DNA of 64,000 nt from Paracoccaceae bacterium (GCA_024640245.1 JAHEFH010000002.1:263-64262); one strand, 5' to 3'; positions 20,601-31,053 are shown, numbered from the stretch's first letter. Numbers and translations: made by a program. Notes: generated by a model from the sequence alone, not told the origin.

Positions 20601-21114
20601 GCGCACCGGCATCGCCAGCCTGAACAAGGAAGGCCGCGAGCGGCTTCTGGCCGCTTTCGACGAGGTGAACAAAAACTTCTCGGTGCTGTTCAAGCACCTG
20701 TTCGGCGGCGGCGAGGCCAATCTGGTTCTGGTCGAGAGTGACGATCCGCTGGAAGCAGGGCTGGAGATCATGTGCCAGCCGCCGGGCAAGAAACTGTCGA
20801 CGCTGTCGCTGTTGTCTGGCGGCGAACAGACACTGACCGCGCTATCGCTGATCTTTGCCGTATTCCTTGCGAACCCGTCGCCGATCTGCGTGCTGGACGA
20901 GGTCGACGCGCCGCTGGACGATGCCAACGTCACACGGTTCTGCGACCTGCTGGACGAAATGACCGAGCGCACCAACACCCGTTTCCTGATCATCACGCAC
21001 CATGCGATCACCATGTCTCGGATGGACCGGCTGTTCGGTGTGACGATGGCGGAACAGGGTGTCAGCCAACTGGTGTCCGTCGACCTGCGTCAGGCAGAGA
21101 ACATGGTAGCCTAA
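17659..21114 (+). CDS. smc: Chromosome segregation protein SMC
   Basis: GFKSF, GPNGCGKSN, long coiled coils with hinge, LSGGEQ, LDEVDAPLD. Confidence 0.96.
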   Translation: MQFKKLRLTGFKSFVDPTELVIADGLTGVVGPNGCGKSNLLEALRWVMGENRPTAMRGGGMDDVIFAGASSRPPRNYAEVAISIDNSDRTAPPAFNDSDVLDVVRRITRDVGSAYKANGKDTRARDVQMLFADASTGAHSPALVRQGQISELINSKPKARRRILEEAAGISGLYQRRHEAELKLRGAETNLERVADVIEQLDSQLNSLARQARQAQRYREIGDELRNSEGLLLYRRWREADAALQAATAELTEATKAAAAAQSAAVQAAKAREDAETKVPPLREEEAIAGAVLQRLQVERDTLADQEARARQTIETLRSRIDQLGKDIERETGLNKDAGETIKRLDWELSQILKASEGQDEKAERANAQARDAASVMQEKESELDTLSEDVARLSARHQSAHRMQEEAQSVLKKRQDQQQAAAASVRQAAEGLSEAEDRLQEASRTRAIAQEASLQAEADLDRIEQQRSTAQAADSEARASLSEAEGEANALGAEVGALERVISRDRDQGAQLLDEVRAAKGYEAALGAALADDLKAPVVGADGVSGWAKLPDYSDHAALPAGSEPLSGHVNGPDVLTRRLGQIGVVSREAGPRLQADLRPGQRLVSIEGDLWRWDGFRASAEDAPSTAALRLQQVNRLADLREASNTARARMEQARAAFDKAHAELQETIAADQSARARRKAADEAATTATRQMSRAEADRDMLAGKLETMKLAEQRLEEETRAAQVAVKEAEQAVSQLEDLSSARANVDAMKVAVEAARMTMLTKRSLFDEVRREGEQRTKRRQEILKEASGWRHRLETAEKRIAELQERKVTSEQELSAALAAPDDIAAKRAEISDAITKAEARRNAASDALAAGETALRQADQTEREAERRASDAREKRGRCDAVCDAARTQVSAAAERIREELEIEPGSLLETLDADPENMPSAEAIENDVMRLRRQRDALGAVNLRAEEDAKEVAEERDTLATEKDDLEQAIRKLRTGIASLNKEGRERLLAAFDEVNKNFSVLFKHLFGGGEANLVLVESDDPLEAGLEIMCQPPGKKLSTLSLLSGGEQTLTALSLIFAVFLANPSPICVLDEVDAPLDDANVTRFCDLLDEMTERTNTRFLIITHHAITMSRMDRLFGVTMAEQGVSQLVSVDLRQAENMVA

Positions 21115-22301
21115 AGCGCGTTCAACAATTGCAACGTTGGCCATGCATCGGCGGGTAGGCCCAGCCTCTTCTGTTCTCTGGAAACGGCCTCGCGGGTTTT
21201 TTCGCCCAGAATTCCGTCAACCTTGCCGACATCATGCCCGCGCGCCTGCAATTTGCGTTGCAGCGCCACCATCTGGTCGCCGTCGAGCGCCGGATCGGGG
21301 TTGCCCTTGGCATAGGGCGGCGCACCGGCCAGACGGGTGGCGAAATAGGCCGCCGAGGTTACGTAGACCAGTGACTTGTTCCACTCGAAATAGACGGCGA
21401 AATTATCGAACACCAGAAAGGCCGGACCCTTGCGGCCCTGCGGCAGCAAAAGAGAGGCTCGCATGGATCCATTCGGCAATTCGACAGCCCGCGTTTTTAC
21501 ACCGAGTTTGACCCATTGCGAAACGGTCTGCGTCTGGTCCAGACCTGCTTTGGACCAATCCAAAGAAGATGGAGCCGTAACTTCGATCATCCACGGTTCG
21601 CCCGCACGCCAGCCAAGATCGCGCAACAGTCGCGCGCCGGTCAGGATCGCGTCGGGCGGGCTGGTTTTCAGCGTGACACGGCCGTCACCGTCCCCATCGA
21701 CGCCTTTTTCAAGAATATCGCGCGGCAGCATCTGGACCATGCCGATTTCACCGGCCCATGCACCGGTGGTGGTGGCCGGGTCGAACTCGCCGCGCTTCCA
21801 CAGGTCGATGGCGGCCACAACCTGTGGCCGGAACAGATGCGGCCGGCGGCAGTCATGCGCCAGCGTGACCAGGGAATTCAGGGTGTTGAAGTCGCCTTGC
21901 ACCGCCCCGAAGTCGGTTTCCATCGCCCAGAAGGCCAGCAAGACATTACGGTCCACGCCGAACTCGCGCTCGGCCCGGTCAAAAGTCTTGCTGTATTTGC
22001 GCTTGTTTATCTGGCCGTGGTCCATCCGGTTCTTGCTGACCGTGCGACCCGAGAACTCGAGGAAACTCTGGCGGAAGTTGGATTGAGACCGATCGAACCG
22101 CAGCACCTTGTCGTCCTTGCGGACGGTTGCGAAAAACCGGTCAAGTTCCGCCCGGCTGTGGCCGTTCCGGGCAGCTTCGGCTTTCAGTTCCGCAACGAAC
22201 GATCCGAAATCGCCGCCGCAGGGTGTCTGCGCAAAGCTGGAGCCGGAAAAGCCTAAAGCCGCCGCGATCGCGGTTGCCAGTGCTGTAATCCTCGGTCTCA
22301 T
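21111..22301 (-). CDS. Lytic murein transglycosylase (MltB/SLT_2 family) with C-terminal PG-binding domain
   Basis: Signal peptide, WAMETDFG, GAWAGEIGMVQMLP, VDGILGEKTREAV. Confidence 0.9.
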   Translation of the reverse strand: MRPRITALATAIAAALGFSGSSFAQTPCGGDFGSFVAELKAEAARNGHSRAELDRFFATVRKDDKVLRFDRSQSNFRQSFLEFSGRTVSKNRMDHGQINKRKYSKTFDRAEREFGVDRNVLLAFWAMETDFGAVQGDFNTLNSLVTLAHDCRRPHLFRPQVVAAIDLWKRGEFDPATTTGAWAGEIGMVQMLPRDILEKGVDGDGDGRVTLKTSPPDAILTGARLLRDLGWRAGEPWMIEVTAPSSLDWSKAGLDQTQTVSQWVKLGVKTRAVELPNGSMRASLLLPQGRKGPAFLVFDNFAVYFEWNKSLVYVTSAAYFATRLAGAPPYAKGNPDPALDGDQMVALQRKLQARGHDVGKVDGILGEKTREAVSREQKRLGLPADAWPTLQLLNAL

Positions 22302-22349
22302 ATCACTTCCTTACCACCTACAATTACCGGTCCTGACCGGATGCAACCA

Positions 22350-23795
22350 CTAATCGTGCCAGTGCGCCCATCCTGTTGCGTGTTTGACCTCAAGGAACTC
22401 GTCCATGCCCCATGGCCCGCCTTCGCGGCCGGTTCCCGACTGCTTGTAGCCGCCAAAGGGCGAGGGCACTTTGGAAAATGTGCCGTTGATCCGTACCATG
22501 CCGGAGCGCAGGGCGCGCCCGACGCGGTTGGCGCGTTCGCCGTTCTGGGTCTGGAGGTAGTTCGTCAGGCCGTAGACCGTGTCATTCGCGATACGGATGG
22601 CGTCGGCTTCGTCCTCGAAGGGAATCATCACCAGCACGGGTCCGAAGATTTCCTCCCGGGCGATGGTCATGTCGTTGTTGACGTCGGCAAAGATCGTCGG
22701 GCGGCAGAAAAATCCGCGATTGAGGCCCTCGGGCCGGCCAAGTCCTCCGGCAACCAGCCGTGCGCCTTCCTTGATACCGGTCTCGATCAGACCCTGAACC
22801 TTTTCGAACTGCGCCGCGCTGGACAGGGGGCCGATGTGACGGCCGTGCTGGTCGGAGTGACCGACCTCAGTCTTGTTGGCGGTGTCGGCGGCGATCTCGA
22901 CCGCCTGATCGTAATAGGAACGTTCGACCAGCATTCGGGACGGCGCATTGCAGGACTGTCCCGTATTGTTCATCATCAGCCGGACGCCGCGCTTTACTGC
23001 GGCCTCGTCGGCATCGGCAAATACGATGTTCGCGCCCTTTCCGCCAAGCTCCAGCGTCACGCGTTTGATGCTGTCGGCGGCGGCTATGGAAATCAGACGG
23101 CCTGCGCGGGTCGATCCAGTGAAGGAAATCATGTCGACATCGGGATGCGACGACAGTTGCGAACCGACACCGGGACCGTCACCATTGACGAGGTTGAACA
23201 CGCCCGGAGGACAGCCTACCGCATCCAGCATTTCCGCGAACAGCAAGCTGGACAGGGGAGCGATCTCCGACGGTTTCAGCACCATGGTGCAACCGGCGGC
23301 CAGTGCGGGGATCACCTTCAGCGCCACTTGGCTGATCGGCCAGTTCCATGGGGTGATCAGACCGCAAACGCCGATCGGTTCCTTCAGTATACGTTCGTCC
23401 GGCGATTGTGGCCACGGCGCACTCTCGAATTCGAAGGCGTCCAGCGTTTGGATGAACAATTCAATGGTTTCATCGCCTGTCGGTGCCTGTTGGGCGATCG
23501 ACATGTCGATCGGGGCGCCCATTTCCATGGAAATGGCTTCGGCCATTTCACCAGAGCGCCGCTTGTATTCCGCCAAAAGGGCCGTCAGCAAGCCGCGACG
23601 TTCCGATTTGGAGGTCAGCGACCATGTGGCGAAGGCTGTGCGGGCAGCACGGACGGCGGCATCGGTGTCGGCCTGATCGCCGAGAGAGATGACCGCGCAG
23701 GGTTCTTCGGTCGAAGGATCGATGACCTCCAGATCGCGCGGGACGGTCGGAGCTACCCACTTGCCATTGATGTAAAAGTTGCGTTTATCGAGCAT
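22350..23795 (-). CDS. NAD(P)-dependent aldehyde dehydrogenase
   Basis: ITPWNWP, KPSE, FTGSTRAG, LELGGKG, GQSC catalytic Cys, EEIFGPV. Start taken as ATG 23795. Confidence 0.94.
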   Translation of the reverse strand: MLDKRNFYINGKWVAPTVPRDLEVIDPSTEEPCAVISLGDQADTDAAVRAARTAFATWSLTSKSERRGLLTALLAEYKRRSGEMAEAISMEMGAPIDMSIAQQAPTGDETIELFIQTLDAFEFESAPWPQSPDERILKEPIGVCGLITPWNWPISQVALKVIPALAAGCTMVLKPSEIAPLSSLLFAEMLDAVGCPPGVFNLVNGDGPGVGSQLSSHPDVDMISFTGSTRAGRLISIAAADSIKRVTLELGGKGANIVFADADEAAVKRGVRLMMNNTGQSCNAPSRMLVERSYYDQAVEIAADTANKTEVGHSDQHGRHIGPLSSAAQFEKVQGLIETGIKEGARLVAGGLGRPEGLNRGFFCRPTIFADVNNDMTIAREEIFGPVLVMIPFEDEADAIRIANDTVYGLTNYLQTQNGERANRVGRALRSGMVRINGTFSKVPSPFGGYKQSGTGREGGPWGMDEFLEVKHATGWAHWHD

Positions 23796-23897
23796 GAGGC
23801 ACCTTTGATTTGCATTGCGTGTCCACATTCGCATCGCTAATGGAAATGTGCAATGTCACAACGGGAATAATCGAATTTCCATTCAGCGGAGGCCGGC

Positions 23898-24644
23898 TTG
23901 GACGCGTCAGAAATCCTGATTCTATGTGCGATCTTCCTTTTCGGCGGATTTGTGAAAGGTCTGCTTGGAATCGGCTTGCCGGCGCTGCTGGTCGGGTTGC
24001 TGACTTTTATCTACGAACCGCGCTATGCAGTGTCGCTGATTCTGATTGCGATCATGACAACCAATGTCCGTCAAGCGCTGCAGGGCGGGCGTTTCATCGA
24101 CATCGTAAAGCGTTACTGGGTGTTCTGTTCGATAGCCATCGTATTGATTTTCTGTGTTGCGGTTATCGGCTCTGCGGTCCCCGTTCCGGCATTGCTGATT
24201 TTTGTCGGCGTCGGTATGACCCTGTTCGCCCTGTCCAGCCTGTTTGTCGAAATGCCGTTGTTGCCAGCGCGCTATGACAAGCTTGCGCAAGCCGTGGCAG
24301 GTATCGCCAGCGGAATTTTGGGCGGGCTGACCGCAATCTGGGGACCACCGCTGGTGGTGTACCTGATGTCCCTGCATATTGATAAGCGAGCCTTCGTTCA
24401 GGCTCTGGGGGTTATGTTCGCAACACAGTCATTTCCGCTGACGCTAGGCTTTATAGTGTCCGGCGAACTGGCTCCGGAAACCGCTGTGATTTCGGTTGCA
24501 CTGCTGGTGCCGACGTTCGTCGGGATGTTCTTCGGCGAAAGGCTGCGCGATACGCTTGACACCAAACTGTTCTTCCGTCTGTTTCTGATCGTGTTCCTGC
24601 TGTTGGGCCTGAACCTGATCCGGCGCGGGGTTTTCGGCGCGTGA
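23898..24644 (+). CDS. TauE/SafE family sulfite/sulfonate exporter
   Basis: GFVKGLLGIG and GILGGLTAIWGPP motifs, about 8 TM segments; TTG start. Confidence 0.85.
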   Translation: MDASEILILCAIFLFGGFVKGLLGIGLPALLVGLLTFIYEPRYAVSLILIAIMTTNVRQALQGGRFIDIVKRYWVFCSIAIVLIFCVAVIGSAVPVPALLIFVGVGMTLFALSSLFVEMPLLPARYDKLAQAVAGIASGILGGLTAIWGPPLVVYLMSLHIDKRAFVQALGVMFATQSFPLTLGFIVSGELAPETAVISVALLVPTFVGMFFGERLRDTLDTKLFFRLFLIVFLLLGLNLIRRGVFGA

Positions 24645-24674
24645 CCGACTGCCCGACAGAAGACACCGGACAAT

Positions 24675-24703
24675 AAAAAACGCCCTCCGAAGAGGGCGCT
24701 TTC
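24675..24703. terminator. Intrinsic terminator, probably bidirectional (pnp / tauE)
   Basis: AAAAAA-CGCCCTC-CGAA-GAGGGCG-CTTTC between convergent genes. Confidence 0.8.
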
Positions 24704-24715
24704 ACGTTTCTGCGA

Positions 24716-24736
24716 TGCCCCTGTCTGACAGGGGCA
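24716..24736. other. Perfect palindrome between tauE and pnp
   Basis: TGCCCCTGTC-T-GACAGGGGCA. Confidence 0.7.
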
Positions 24737-24746
24737 AACCGCGGGA

Positions 24747-26873
24747 TCAATCTTCCGACTTGGTGAATTCCTTGCCGGTTTCCTGATCAACCTCTTTCAT
24801 CGACAGGCGTACCTTGCCGCGATCGTCGAAGCCCATCAGCTTGACTTTCACTTCCTGGCCTTCTTTCACCAGGTCGTTCGGGTGGTTTACACGCTCTTTC
24901 GACATCTGGCTGACATGCACGAGGCCGTCGCGTTTGCCGAAGAAGTTGACGAAAGCGCCGAAGTCCATAACCTTCACGACTTTACCGGTGTAGATTTGGC
25001 CTACCTCGGGCTCTGCCGCGATTTCCATGATCATCTGGCGGGCTTTTTCGATTTGCTCGCCGTTGCTGGAAGCGATCTTGATCACACCGTCGTCGTTGAT
25101 GTCGACCTTGGCGCCGGAGACTTCCACGATTTCACGGATGACCTTGCCGCCGGAACCGATCACTTCGCGGATTTTATCCGGGTTGATCTGAAGGGTTTCG
25201 ATGCGCGGAGCATGCTCGCTGAAGGAGCCGGCCTCGGTCAGGGCCTTGGACATTTCACCCAGAATATGCAGGCGGCCGTCCTTGGCTTGCGACATGGCGA
25301 CTTCCATGATTTCCGGCGTGATGCCGGCAACCTTGATATCCATCTGCAAAGAGGTGATGCCGTTTTCGGTACCGGCCACTTTGAAGTCCATGTCGCCGAG
25401 GTGATCCTCGTCGCCGAGAATGTCGGTCAATACGGCATATTCGCCGCTGTCCTGCAGGATCAGGCCCATGGCGACACCGGCAACCGCAGCACGCAGCGGA
25501 ACGCCCGCATCCATCATCGACAGGGATCCGCCGCAAACCGATGCCATCGAGGACGAACCGTTCGATTCGGTGATCTCTGACACCACGCGAATCGTGTAAG
25601 GGAAGTCGGTCGGGGCCGGCAGAACCGCCTGCAGTGCACGCCATGCCAGTTTGCCGTGACCGATTTCACGACGTCCCGGACCAAAGTTGCGGCCACATTC
25701 GCCCACCGAGTAGGGAGGGAAGTTGTAGTGCAGCAGGAAGTTGGAACGGTATGTGCCTTCGAGCGCGTCGATCATCTGTTCGTCATCGCCGGTGCCCAGA
25801 GTGGTCACAACCAGACCCTGAGTTTCGCCGCGTGTGAACAGGGCCGAACCGTGGGTCCTTGGCAGGACGCCGGTTTCGGATACGATCGGGCGTACGGTCG
25901 TCAGGTCACGGCCGTCGATACGCTTGCCGGTCTTGACGATATCGCCGCGAACGACTTCCGCTTCCAGTTTTTTCAGGCAGGAACCGAGGTTCGCGTCTTC
26001 GAGTTGCTCTTCCGTCAGGCTTGCCTTGATCAGTTCGCGCGCGGCGGCAATAGCAGCCGTGCGTTCCTGTTTGTCAGTGTTGGCAAAGGCAGCGCGAACA
26101 GCTTTCTCACCGGCCTTTTTGACCACGCCATACAGGTGCGAATAGTCGGGAGCCTGAAAGTCGTATGGTTCTTTGGCGGCATCTTCGGCCAGGTCGATGA
26201 TCAGGTCGATCACGGGCTGGATTTGTGCGTGCGCAAAGTTGATCGCGCCGAGCATTTCGGCTTCGGTCAATTCATAGGCTTCGGATTCCACCATCATCAC
26301 GGCTTCTTTGGTGCCGGCGACGACAAGGTCCAGACGCTGTTCGGGCTTGTTGCGCAGATCGTGCATGTCTTCGCAAGTCGGGTTGAGAACGTATTGGCCG
26401 CCCTCGAAACCGACGCGGCAGGCGCCGATGGGGCCGCGGAACGGTGCACCCGACAAAGTCAGCGCGGCCGAGGCGGCGATCATCGCAACCATGTCGGGAT
26501 CGTTGACAAGGTCATGCGACAGAACAGTCAGGGTTACCTGGGTTTCGTGTTTGAAGCCCGGAATGAACAGCGGACGGATCGGACGGTCGATCAGACGTGC
26601 GGTCAGGGTTTCTTTTTCGGTTGGACGCGCTTCGCGCTTGAAAAAGCCGCCCGGGATTTTACCCGCAGCGTAGTATTTTTCCTGGTAATTCACGGTCAGA
26701 GGAAAGAAATCCAGGCCTTCCTTGGTTTTCTTCTCGAAACACACGGCGGCCAGAACTGTGGTCTCGCCCAGTGTGGCGATCACGGTGCTGTCTGCCTGAC
26801 GCGCGATCTTGCCGGTTTCCAGAGTCAGCGTTTCTTCGCCCCACTGGATCGACTTTTTTACTTCTTTGAACAT
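24747..26873 (-). CDS. pnp: Polyribonucleotide nucleotidyltransferase
   Basis: [42 protein letters not shown] and S1 domains. Start taken as ATG 26873. Confidence 0.98.
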   Translation of the reverse strand: MFKEVKKSIQWGEETLTLETGKIARQADSTVIATLGETTVLAAVCFEKKTKEGLDFFPLTVNYQEKYYAAGKIPGGFFKREARPTEKETLTARLIDRPIRPLFIPGFKHETQVTLTVLSHDLVNDPDMVAMIAASAALTLSGAPFRGPIGACRVGFEGGQYVLNPTCEDMHDLRNKPEQRLDLVVAGTKEAVMMVESEAYELTEAEMLGAINFAHAQIQPVIDLIIDLAEDAAKEPYDFQAPDYSHLYGVVKKAGEKAVRAAFANTDKQERTAAIAAARELIKASLTEEQLEDANLGSCLKKLEAEVVRGDIVKTGKRIDGRDLTTVRPIVSETGVLPRTHGSALFTRGETQGLVVTTLGTGDDEQMIDALEGTYRSNFLLHYNFPPYSVGECGRNFGPGRREIGHGKLAWRALQAVLPAPTDFPYTIRVVSEITESNGSSSMASVCGGSLSMMDAGVPLRAAVAGVAMGLILQDSGEYAVLTDILGDEDHLGDMDFKVAGTENGITSLQMDIKVAGITPEIMEVAMSQAKDGRLHILGEMSKALTEAGSFSEHAPRIETLQINPDKIREVIGSGGKVIREIVEVSGAKVDINDDGVIKIASSNGEQIEKARQMIMEIAAEPEVGQIYTGKVVKVMDFGAFVNFFGKRDGLVHVSQMSKERVNHPNDLVKEGQEVKVKLMGFDDRGKVRLSMKEVDQETGKEFTKSED

Positions 26874-27026
26874 GTTTTTTCCTAAACGTGTCGAACGGCG
26901 CCCGTTGGCTGCTGTTCGGGCTCTGGTTTCATCATCATCCGACCCCAGACGCGAGCCTCGGCCTGTGGTCAACGGACATTGCGCAAATTCGCACCATGCA
27001 GGGGATTGCGCGCCCCTCGAATTGCA

Positions 27027-27050
27027 AACGCGCCCCGGTTGGGGCGCGTT
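27027..27050 (-). terminator. Hairpin downstream of rpsO (terminator or processing stem)
   Basis: AACGCGCCCC-GGTT-GGGGCGCGTT immediately after the rpsO stop. Confidence 0.65.
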
Positions 27051-27056
27051 CGTTTG

Positions 27057-27326
27057 TTAGCGGCGGATGCCCAGACGCGATATCAGAGATTTGTACCGGT
27101 CTTCGTCCTTGGCTTTCACATAGTCCAGCAGCTTGCGGCGCAAAGCGACCATTTTCAGCAGACCACGACGGGAATGGTTATCCTTTTTGTGGGCTTTGAA
27201 ATGCTCTGTCAGCGTGTTGATGCGGGAGGTCAGGATAGCAACTTGAACTTCGGGGGATCCTGTGTCGCCCTCTTTCGTGGCGTATTCCTTGATGAGCTGT
27301 TCTTTCAGCTCTGCAGTTATCGACAT
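27057..27326 (-). CDS. rpsO: 30S ribosomal protein S15
   Basis: [33 protein letters not shown]; AAGGAG SD; 89 aa from ATG 27326. Confidence 0.98.
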   Translation of the reverse strand: MSITAELKEQLIKEYATKEGDTGSPEVQVAILTSRINTLTEHFKAHKKDNHSRRGLLKMVALRRKLLDYVKAKDEDRYKSLISRLGIRR

Positions 27327-27410
27327 CGGGGTCTCCTTAAAGGTTAGAGTGATGGCACATGCCGGGATGTCGTCCAGCAAAGCCCGTGGAGGCCGCGAAT
27401 TTGCGCGGTT
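27327..27410 (-). promoter_or_regulatory. Putative alphaproteobacterial S15 (rpsO) autoregulatory leader
   Basis: Minus strand GCTGGACGACATCCCGGC hairpin just upstream of the rpsO SD; it resembles my recollection of the alphaproteobacterial S15 leader, not checked against Rfam. Confidence 0.55.
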
Positions 27411-27472
27411 GGCGGCTCTATATGGGGAAATCGGGCAAAAGAAAAGCAATAATTGCGTGATCCGCCCGCCGC

Positions 27473-28330
27473 TCAGGTGCGTTTCAGAGCCACCAGATTG
27501 GACAGGAACAGCGTGCCCAGAACGATCGCGCCGCCGATCAACGTCCATTGCCCGGGATCCTCGCCCAGCACTAGCCAGACCAGCAGCGGCGCCAGAACCG
27601 ATTCCAGAAGGATCATGAGGGCGACCTCGGCAGAGGTGATGTAGCGCGGCCCGATGGCCAGAAAGGTCATGCTAAGTGGAATGAACACTCCGCCGTGCAG
27701 GATGACGTACAATGGATCATAGCCCGTAAAATGGAAAGGATCTGCAAAAGGGAACACCAGCGCAGCGCAACCAAGAAAGGCGATGGGAACCGCCGGGATC
27801 ATCGACACGCCCTTGGCCTTGCGCGCCACTGTCATTGCCAATGCGAAGGTCATGGCGATGCAAAGGGCAATGAAATCGCCTATCAGGCTGGAGGTTTCGT
27901 TCTTGGTCGAGCCGAAGGCGATGAGGGCGATGCCGATCACTACGATCAGCATCGTGAAAACCATGCGGCGGCTGATACGCTCGCCCAGCCAGATGCGGCT
28001 GAAAATGGCCGCGAAGACCGGCATTGTGGCCAGAATGAACACCGTATTGGCGACCGAGGTCAGGCGGATGGAGGCGACAAAACAGATCGCGCCGAACATC
28101 AGCAGCGCCGCGTATACAAGGCCGTAGCGCCCGATCTCGCGGGTTTTCCGGATCGTATCCCGGCCGTATATCGCGAACAGTCCCGCCAGAACCATCGAAC
28201 CGGTCAGAAACGAGCGCCAGAATACAACCGACATCGTGTCCATGCTGATCAGGCGGATCAGCAGGCTGTCCGGCACGATCATCAGCACTCCGAAGGCGGT
28301 TATCAGCAGACCTTTTGCCTGATCGTTCAT
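27473..28330 (-). CDS. DMT/EamA family transporter
   Basis: About 10 TM segments, [15 protein letters not shown]. Confidence 0.88.
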   Translation of the reverse strand: MNDQAKGLLITAFGVLMIVPDSLLIRLISMDTMSVVFWRSFLTGSMVLAGLFAIYGRDTIRKTREIGRYGLVYAALLMFGAICFVASIRLTSVANTVFILATMPVFAAIFSRIWLGERISRRMVFTMLIVVIGIALIAFGSTKNETSSLIGDFIALCIAMTFALAMTVARKAKGVSMIPAVPIAFLGCAALVFPFADPFHFTGYDPLYVILHGGVFIPLSMTFLAIGPRYITSAEVALMILLESVLAPLLVWLVLGEDPGQWTLIGGAIVLGTLFLSNLVALKRT

Positions 28331-28845
28331 GGTTCAACCTCTGGCCACGCTACAGGCTGGACTTGATAGCCGATATAGAGCGGATGTTTCGGGTGTCCTG
28401 CCTTGCTGAGCCCAAGATGCGTCAGCGGCTTGTGTTGGGCGCGCAAAAGCGCCTCGACCTGCGGGCCGCGGTTCAGGTGCTCGCCGTGCGTGCCCCAGGC
28501 ACAGACGATGGCATCGGCCCAGTCGGCGGCTTGTATGATCGCGGCGTCGTTCAAGCGGCCGACCGGATCGGGCTGAGCGCGCATATCCCTTGGGTCGGTG
28601 GCGCGGTAGGCGAAGATATTGCAGACACGGAAGGCGCCAAAGCCCAGCGCCCGCGCGCGGCGTTCGCAGCGCTCCACGGTGGGATCGTTCTGGACCTCTG
28701 TCGCGGTGGAGGGGTTCAGCATAACGAACAGTACGCGCCCCGCGCTTGCGTCCCAGATGCGGGTGAGTTCATAGCGGTAGGCCTCGCAATCGGAATAGAT
28801 CGCACGGGATTCCGCATCGCCCTTGAGGTGGGAGCGTGTGATCAT
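28327..28845 (-). CDS. DUF1643 family protein
   Basis: [40 protein letters not shown]. Start ATG 28845 overlaps truB stop (ATGA). Confidence 0.88.
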   Translation of the reverse strand: MITRSHLKGDAESRAIYSDCEAYRYELTRIWDASAGRVLFVMLNPSTATEVQNDPTVERCERRARALGFGAFRVCNIFAYRATDPRDMRAQPDPVGRLNDAAIIQAADWADAIVCAWGTHGEHLNRGPQVEALLRAQHKPLTHLGLSKAGHPKHPLYIGYQVQPVAWPEVEP

Positions 28846-29756
28846 GATTCGGCTTGGACGAAAACGCGCGTCGGGTGCAATTCGCCGGCCTTGTAGACGC
28901 CGATCGCGACGGGTTCGCCGTCGCATGACACCCATGCCTCGTCGCCGTATTCCAGATCGGAGGCCGCCACCATGCCGGGATTGCCGTTGCGCAGTCGCGC
29001 CGCAGCTTCGGGGCGGCAACGCAGTTCGGGCAGTTCGTCCAGACCGACCTGCAACGGTAGCAGGCGCTCCTCCAGTTCCGGCGTTTTCGCGAGCGCGTCG
29101 ATTTCCTCGACGGTGATGCAGTCGGACAGTTCGAACGGACCGGACCAGATGCGGCGCAGCGCCTCGACATGGCCGTAGCAACCCAGCATCGCGCCCAGAT
29201 CGCGGGCGATGGACCGCACGTAGCCGCCCTTGCCGCAAGTCATTTCCAGAATAACGTGATCGGCATCGGGGCGCGATACGAATTTAAGCTCCTCGACCCA
29301 AAGGGGCCGCGCCGCCAGTTCCAGATCCTCGCCGTCGCGGGCCAGCTTGTAGGCCCGCTGGCCGTCGACCTTAACGGCGGAAAACTGCGGCGGCACCTGC
29401 ATAATATCGCCTTCGAATTCGGTCAGGGCGGTCCTGATTTCGGCGTCGGCCGGCCGGTCGTCGCTTTCGGCGATGACTTCACCTTCGGTGTCGTCGGTAT
29501 TGGTTGCCTGACCCAGCCGCACTGTGAATTCGTATGCCTTCAGCGCGTCACTAATGTAGGGAACGGTCTTTGTCGCCTCGCCCAGCGCCACGGCCAGAAC
29601 GCCGGTCGCCTCGGGGTCGAGCGTGCCGGCATGGCCGGCTTTCTTCGCGTCAAGCGCCCATTTGACCTTGTTCACGACCGAGGTCGAGGTCATGCCTGCG
29701 GGCTTGTCGACGATCAGCCAGCCGTCGACGCGTCTTTTGGTGCTGCGTTTCGACAT
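28842..29756 (-). CDS. truB: tRNA pseudouridine(55) synthase
   Basis: [37 protein letters not shown]. Confidence 0.97.
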   Translation of the reverse strand: MSKRSTKRRVDGWLIVDKPAGMTSTSVVNKVKWALDAKKAGHAGTLDPEATGVLAVALGEATKTVPYISDALKAYEFTVRLGQATNTDDTEGEVIAESDDRPADAEIRTALTEFEGDIMQVPPQFSAVKVDGQRAYKLARDGEDLELAARPLWVEELKFVSRPDADHVILEMTCGKGGYVRSIARDLGAMLGCYGHVEALRRIWSGPFELSDCITVEEIDALAKTPELEERLLPLQVGLDELPELRCRPEAAARLRNGNPGMVAASDLEYGDEAWVSCDGEPVAIGVYKAGELHPTRVFVQAES

Positions 29757-29758
29757 GG

Positions 29759-30154
29759 CTAGGACGAGATGTCTTTCTTGACGGTTTCCTGTTCGAACAG
29801 GCGACGGGTTTCGTCGAGCTGGTCGAAGGTTTCGTCAAAGACGAATTTCAGTTCCGGCGAGAATTTCAGCGTGATCGCCTTGGTCACGGCGCGGCGCAGT
29901 TCACCCTTGTTTCGGTTCAGAGCCGCGATAACCTGATCGGCGTTGCCGCCGCCCAGCGGCAGGACGAAAACCAGAGCCCGTTTCAGGTCTGGCGTGGTGC
30001 GAACCTCTCCGACCGTCACCGACACGTGCGCCAGTTCGGGATCGTGGATGTCGCCGCGATTCAGAACGTCTGCCAGCGCGCGACGGATCACTTCGCCGAC
30101 GCGCAGTTGTCGCTGGCTCGGTCCGGTTCCAATGCTGTCTTTGCGATGTGCCAT
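29759..30154 (-). CDS. rbfA: Ribosome-binding factor A
   Basis: [33 protein letters not shown]. Confidence 0.96.
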   Translation of the reverse strand: MAHRKDSIGTGPSQRQLRVGEVIRRALADVLNRGDIHDPELAHVSVTVGEVRTTPDLKRALVFVLPLGGGNADQVIAALNRNKGELRRAVTKAITLKFSPELKFVFDETFDQLDETRRLFEQETVKKDISS

Positions 30155-30243
30155 GCTGTATCCTTCCAGATGGCCCGTTTAGGGCAGTTGCGGGGGTCCC
30201 GCAAGCAGGTTAAACCATACGCAACAGATTTTGGAGCTATGAA

Positions 30244-31053
30244 ATGACTGCTATTCCCGCCATCGCAATCGTCGGCGCTTCGGGCCGCATGGGTCAGATG
30301 CTGATCCGCATGATCGACGAATCCGACCGTGTCACGCTGGCCGGCGCAACCGAGCGTCGGGGTCACGAGTGGATCGGCAAGGACCTCGGCCTTTGCATGG
30401 GCGGGACGAAAAACGGGTATATCGTGCAGGACGACCCGCTGGAGGTCTTCGCGAAGGCACAGGCGGTGATCGATTTCACCTCGCCGGAGGCCACGATCGC
30501 CCATGCCGAACTGGCCGCGCAGGCCCGTGCGGTGCATGTCATCGGCACCACAGGCCTGACCGACATGCATCTGGAAAAGCTCACCGCCGCCGCCCGCCAT
30601 GCGGTGATCATCCGCGCCGGCAACATGAGCCTCGGCGTCAACCTGCTGACCAAGTTGACGCAAAAAGTCGCCGCCGCGCTGGACGCGGATTTCGACATCG
30701 AGATCGTCGAGGCGCATCACCGCCATAAGGTCGACGCTCCGTCAGGAACCGCGTTGATGCTGGGCGAGGCCGCTGCCGAGGGCCGGCATGTCCACCTGAA
30801 AGACGTGTCCGACCGTGGCCGCGACGGCATTACCGGCGCCCGCAAGCGCGGAGGCATCGGGTTCAGCGCCATTCGCGGCGGCGATATTGTAGGTGAACAT
30901 GACGTGATTTTCGCCGCCGACGGCGAGCGTATCATCCTGCGCCATATCGCGACCGACCGCCGGATATTCGCGCGCGGTGCGCTGAAGGCCGCGATCTGGG
31001 GTCAGGGCCGGTCGCCCGGCGAATATGACATGATGGATGTGCTGGGTCTGTGA
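30244..31053 (+). CDS. dapB: 4-hydroxy-tetrahydrodipicolinate reductase
   Basis: [36 protein letters not shown]. Confidence 0.97.
   Translation: MTAIPAIAIVGASGRMGQMLIRMIDESDRVTLAGATERRGHEWIGKDLGLCMGGTKNGYIVQDDPLEVFAKAQAVIDFTSPEATIAHAELAAQARAVHVIGTTGLTDMHLEKLTAAARHAVIIRAGNMSLGVNLLTKLTQKVAAALDADFDIEIVEAHHRHKVDAPSGTALMLGEAAAEGRHVHLKDVSDRGRDGITGARKRGGIGFSAIRGGDIVGEHDVIFAADGERIILRHIATDRRIFARGALKAAIWGQGRSPGEYDMMDVLGL

Noticed and set aside
17900-20700. Low-complexity Ala/Glu/Arg repeats
   Set aside because: SMC coiled-coil arms.
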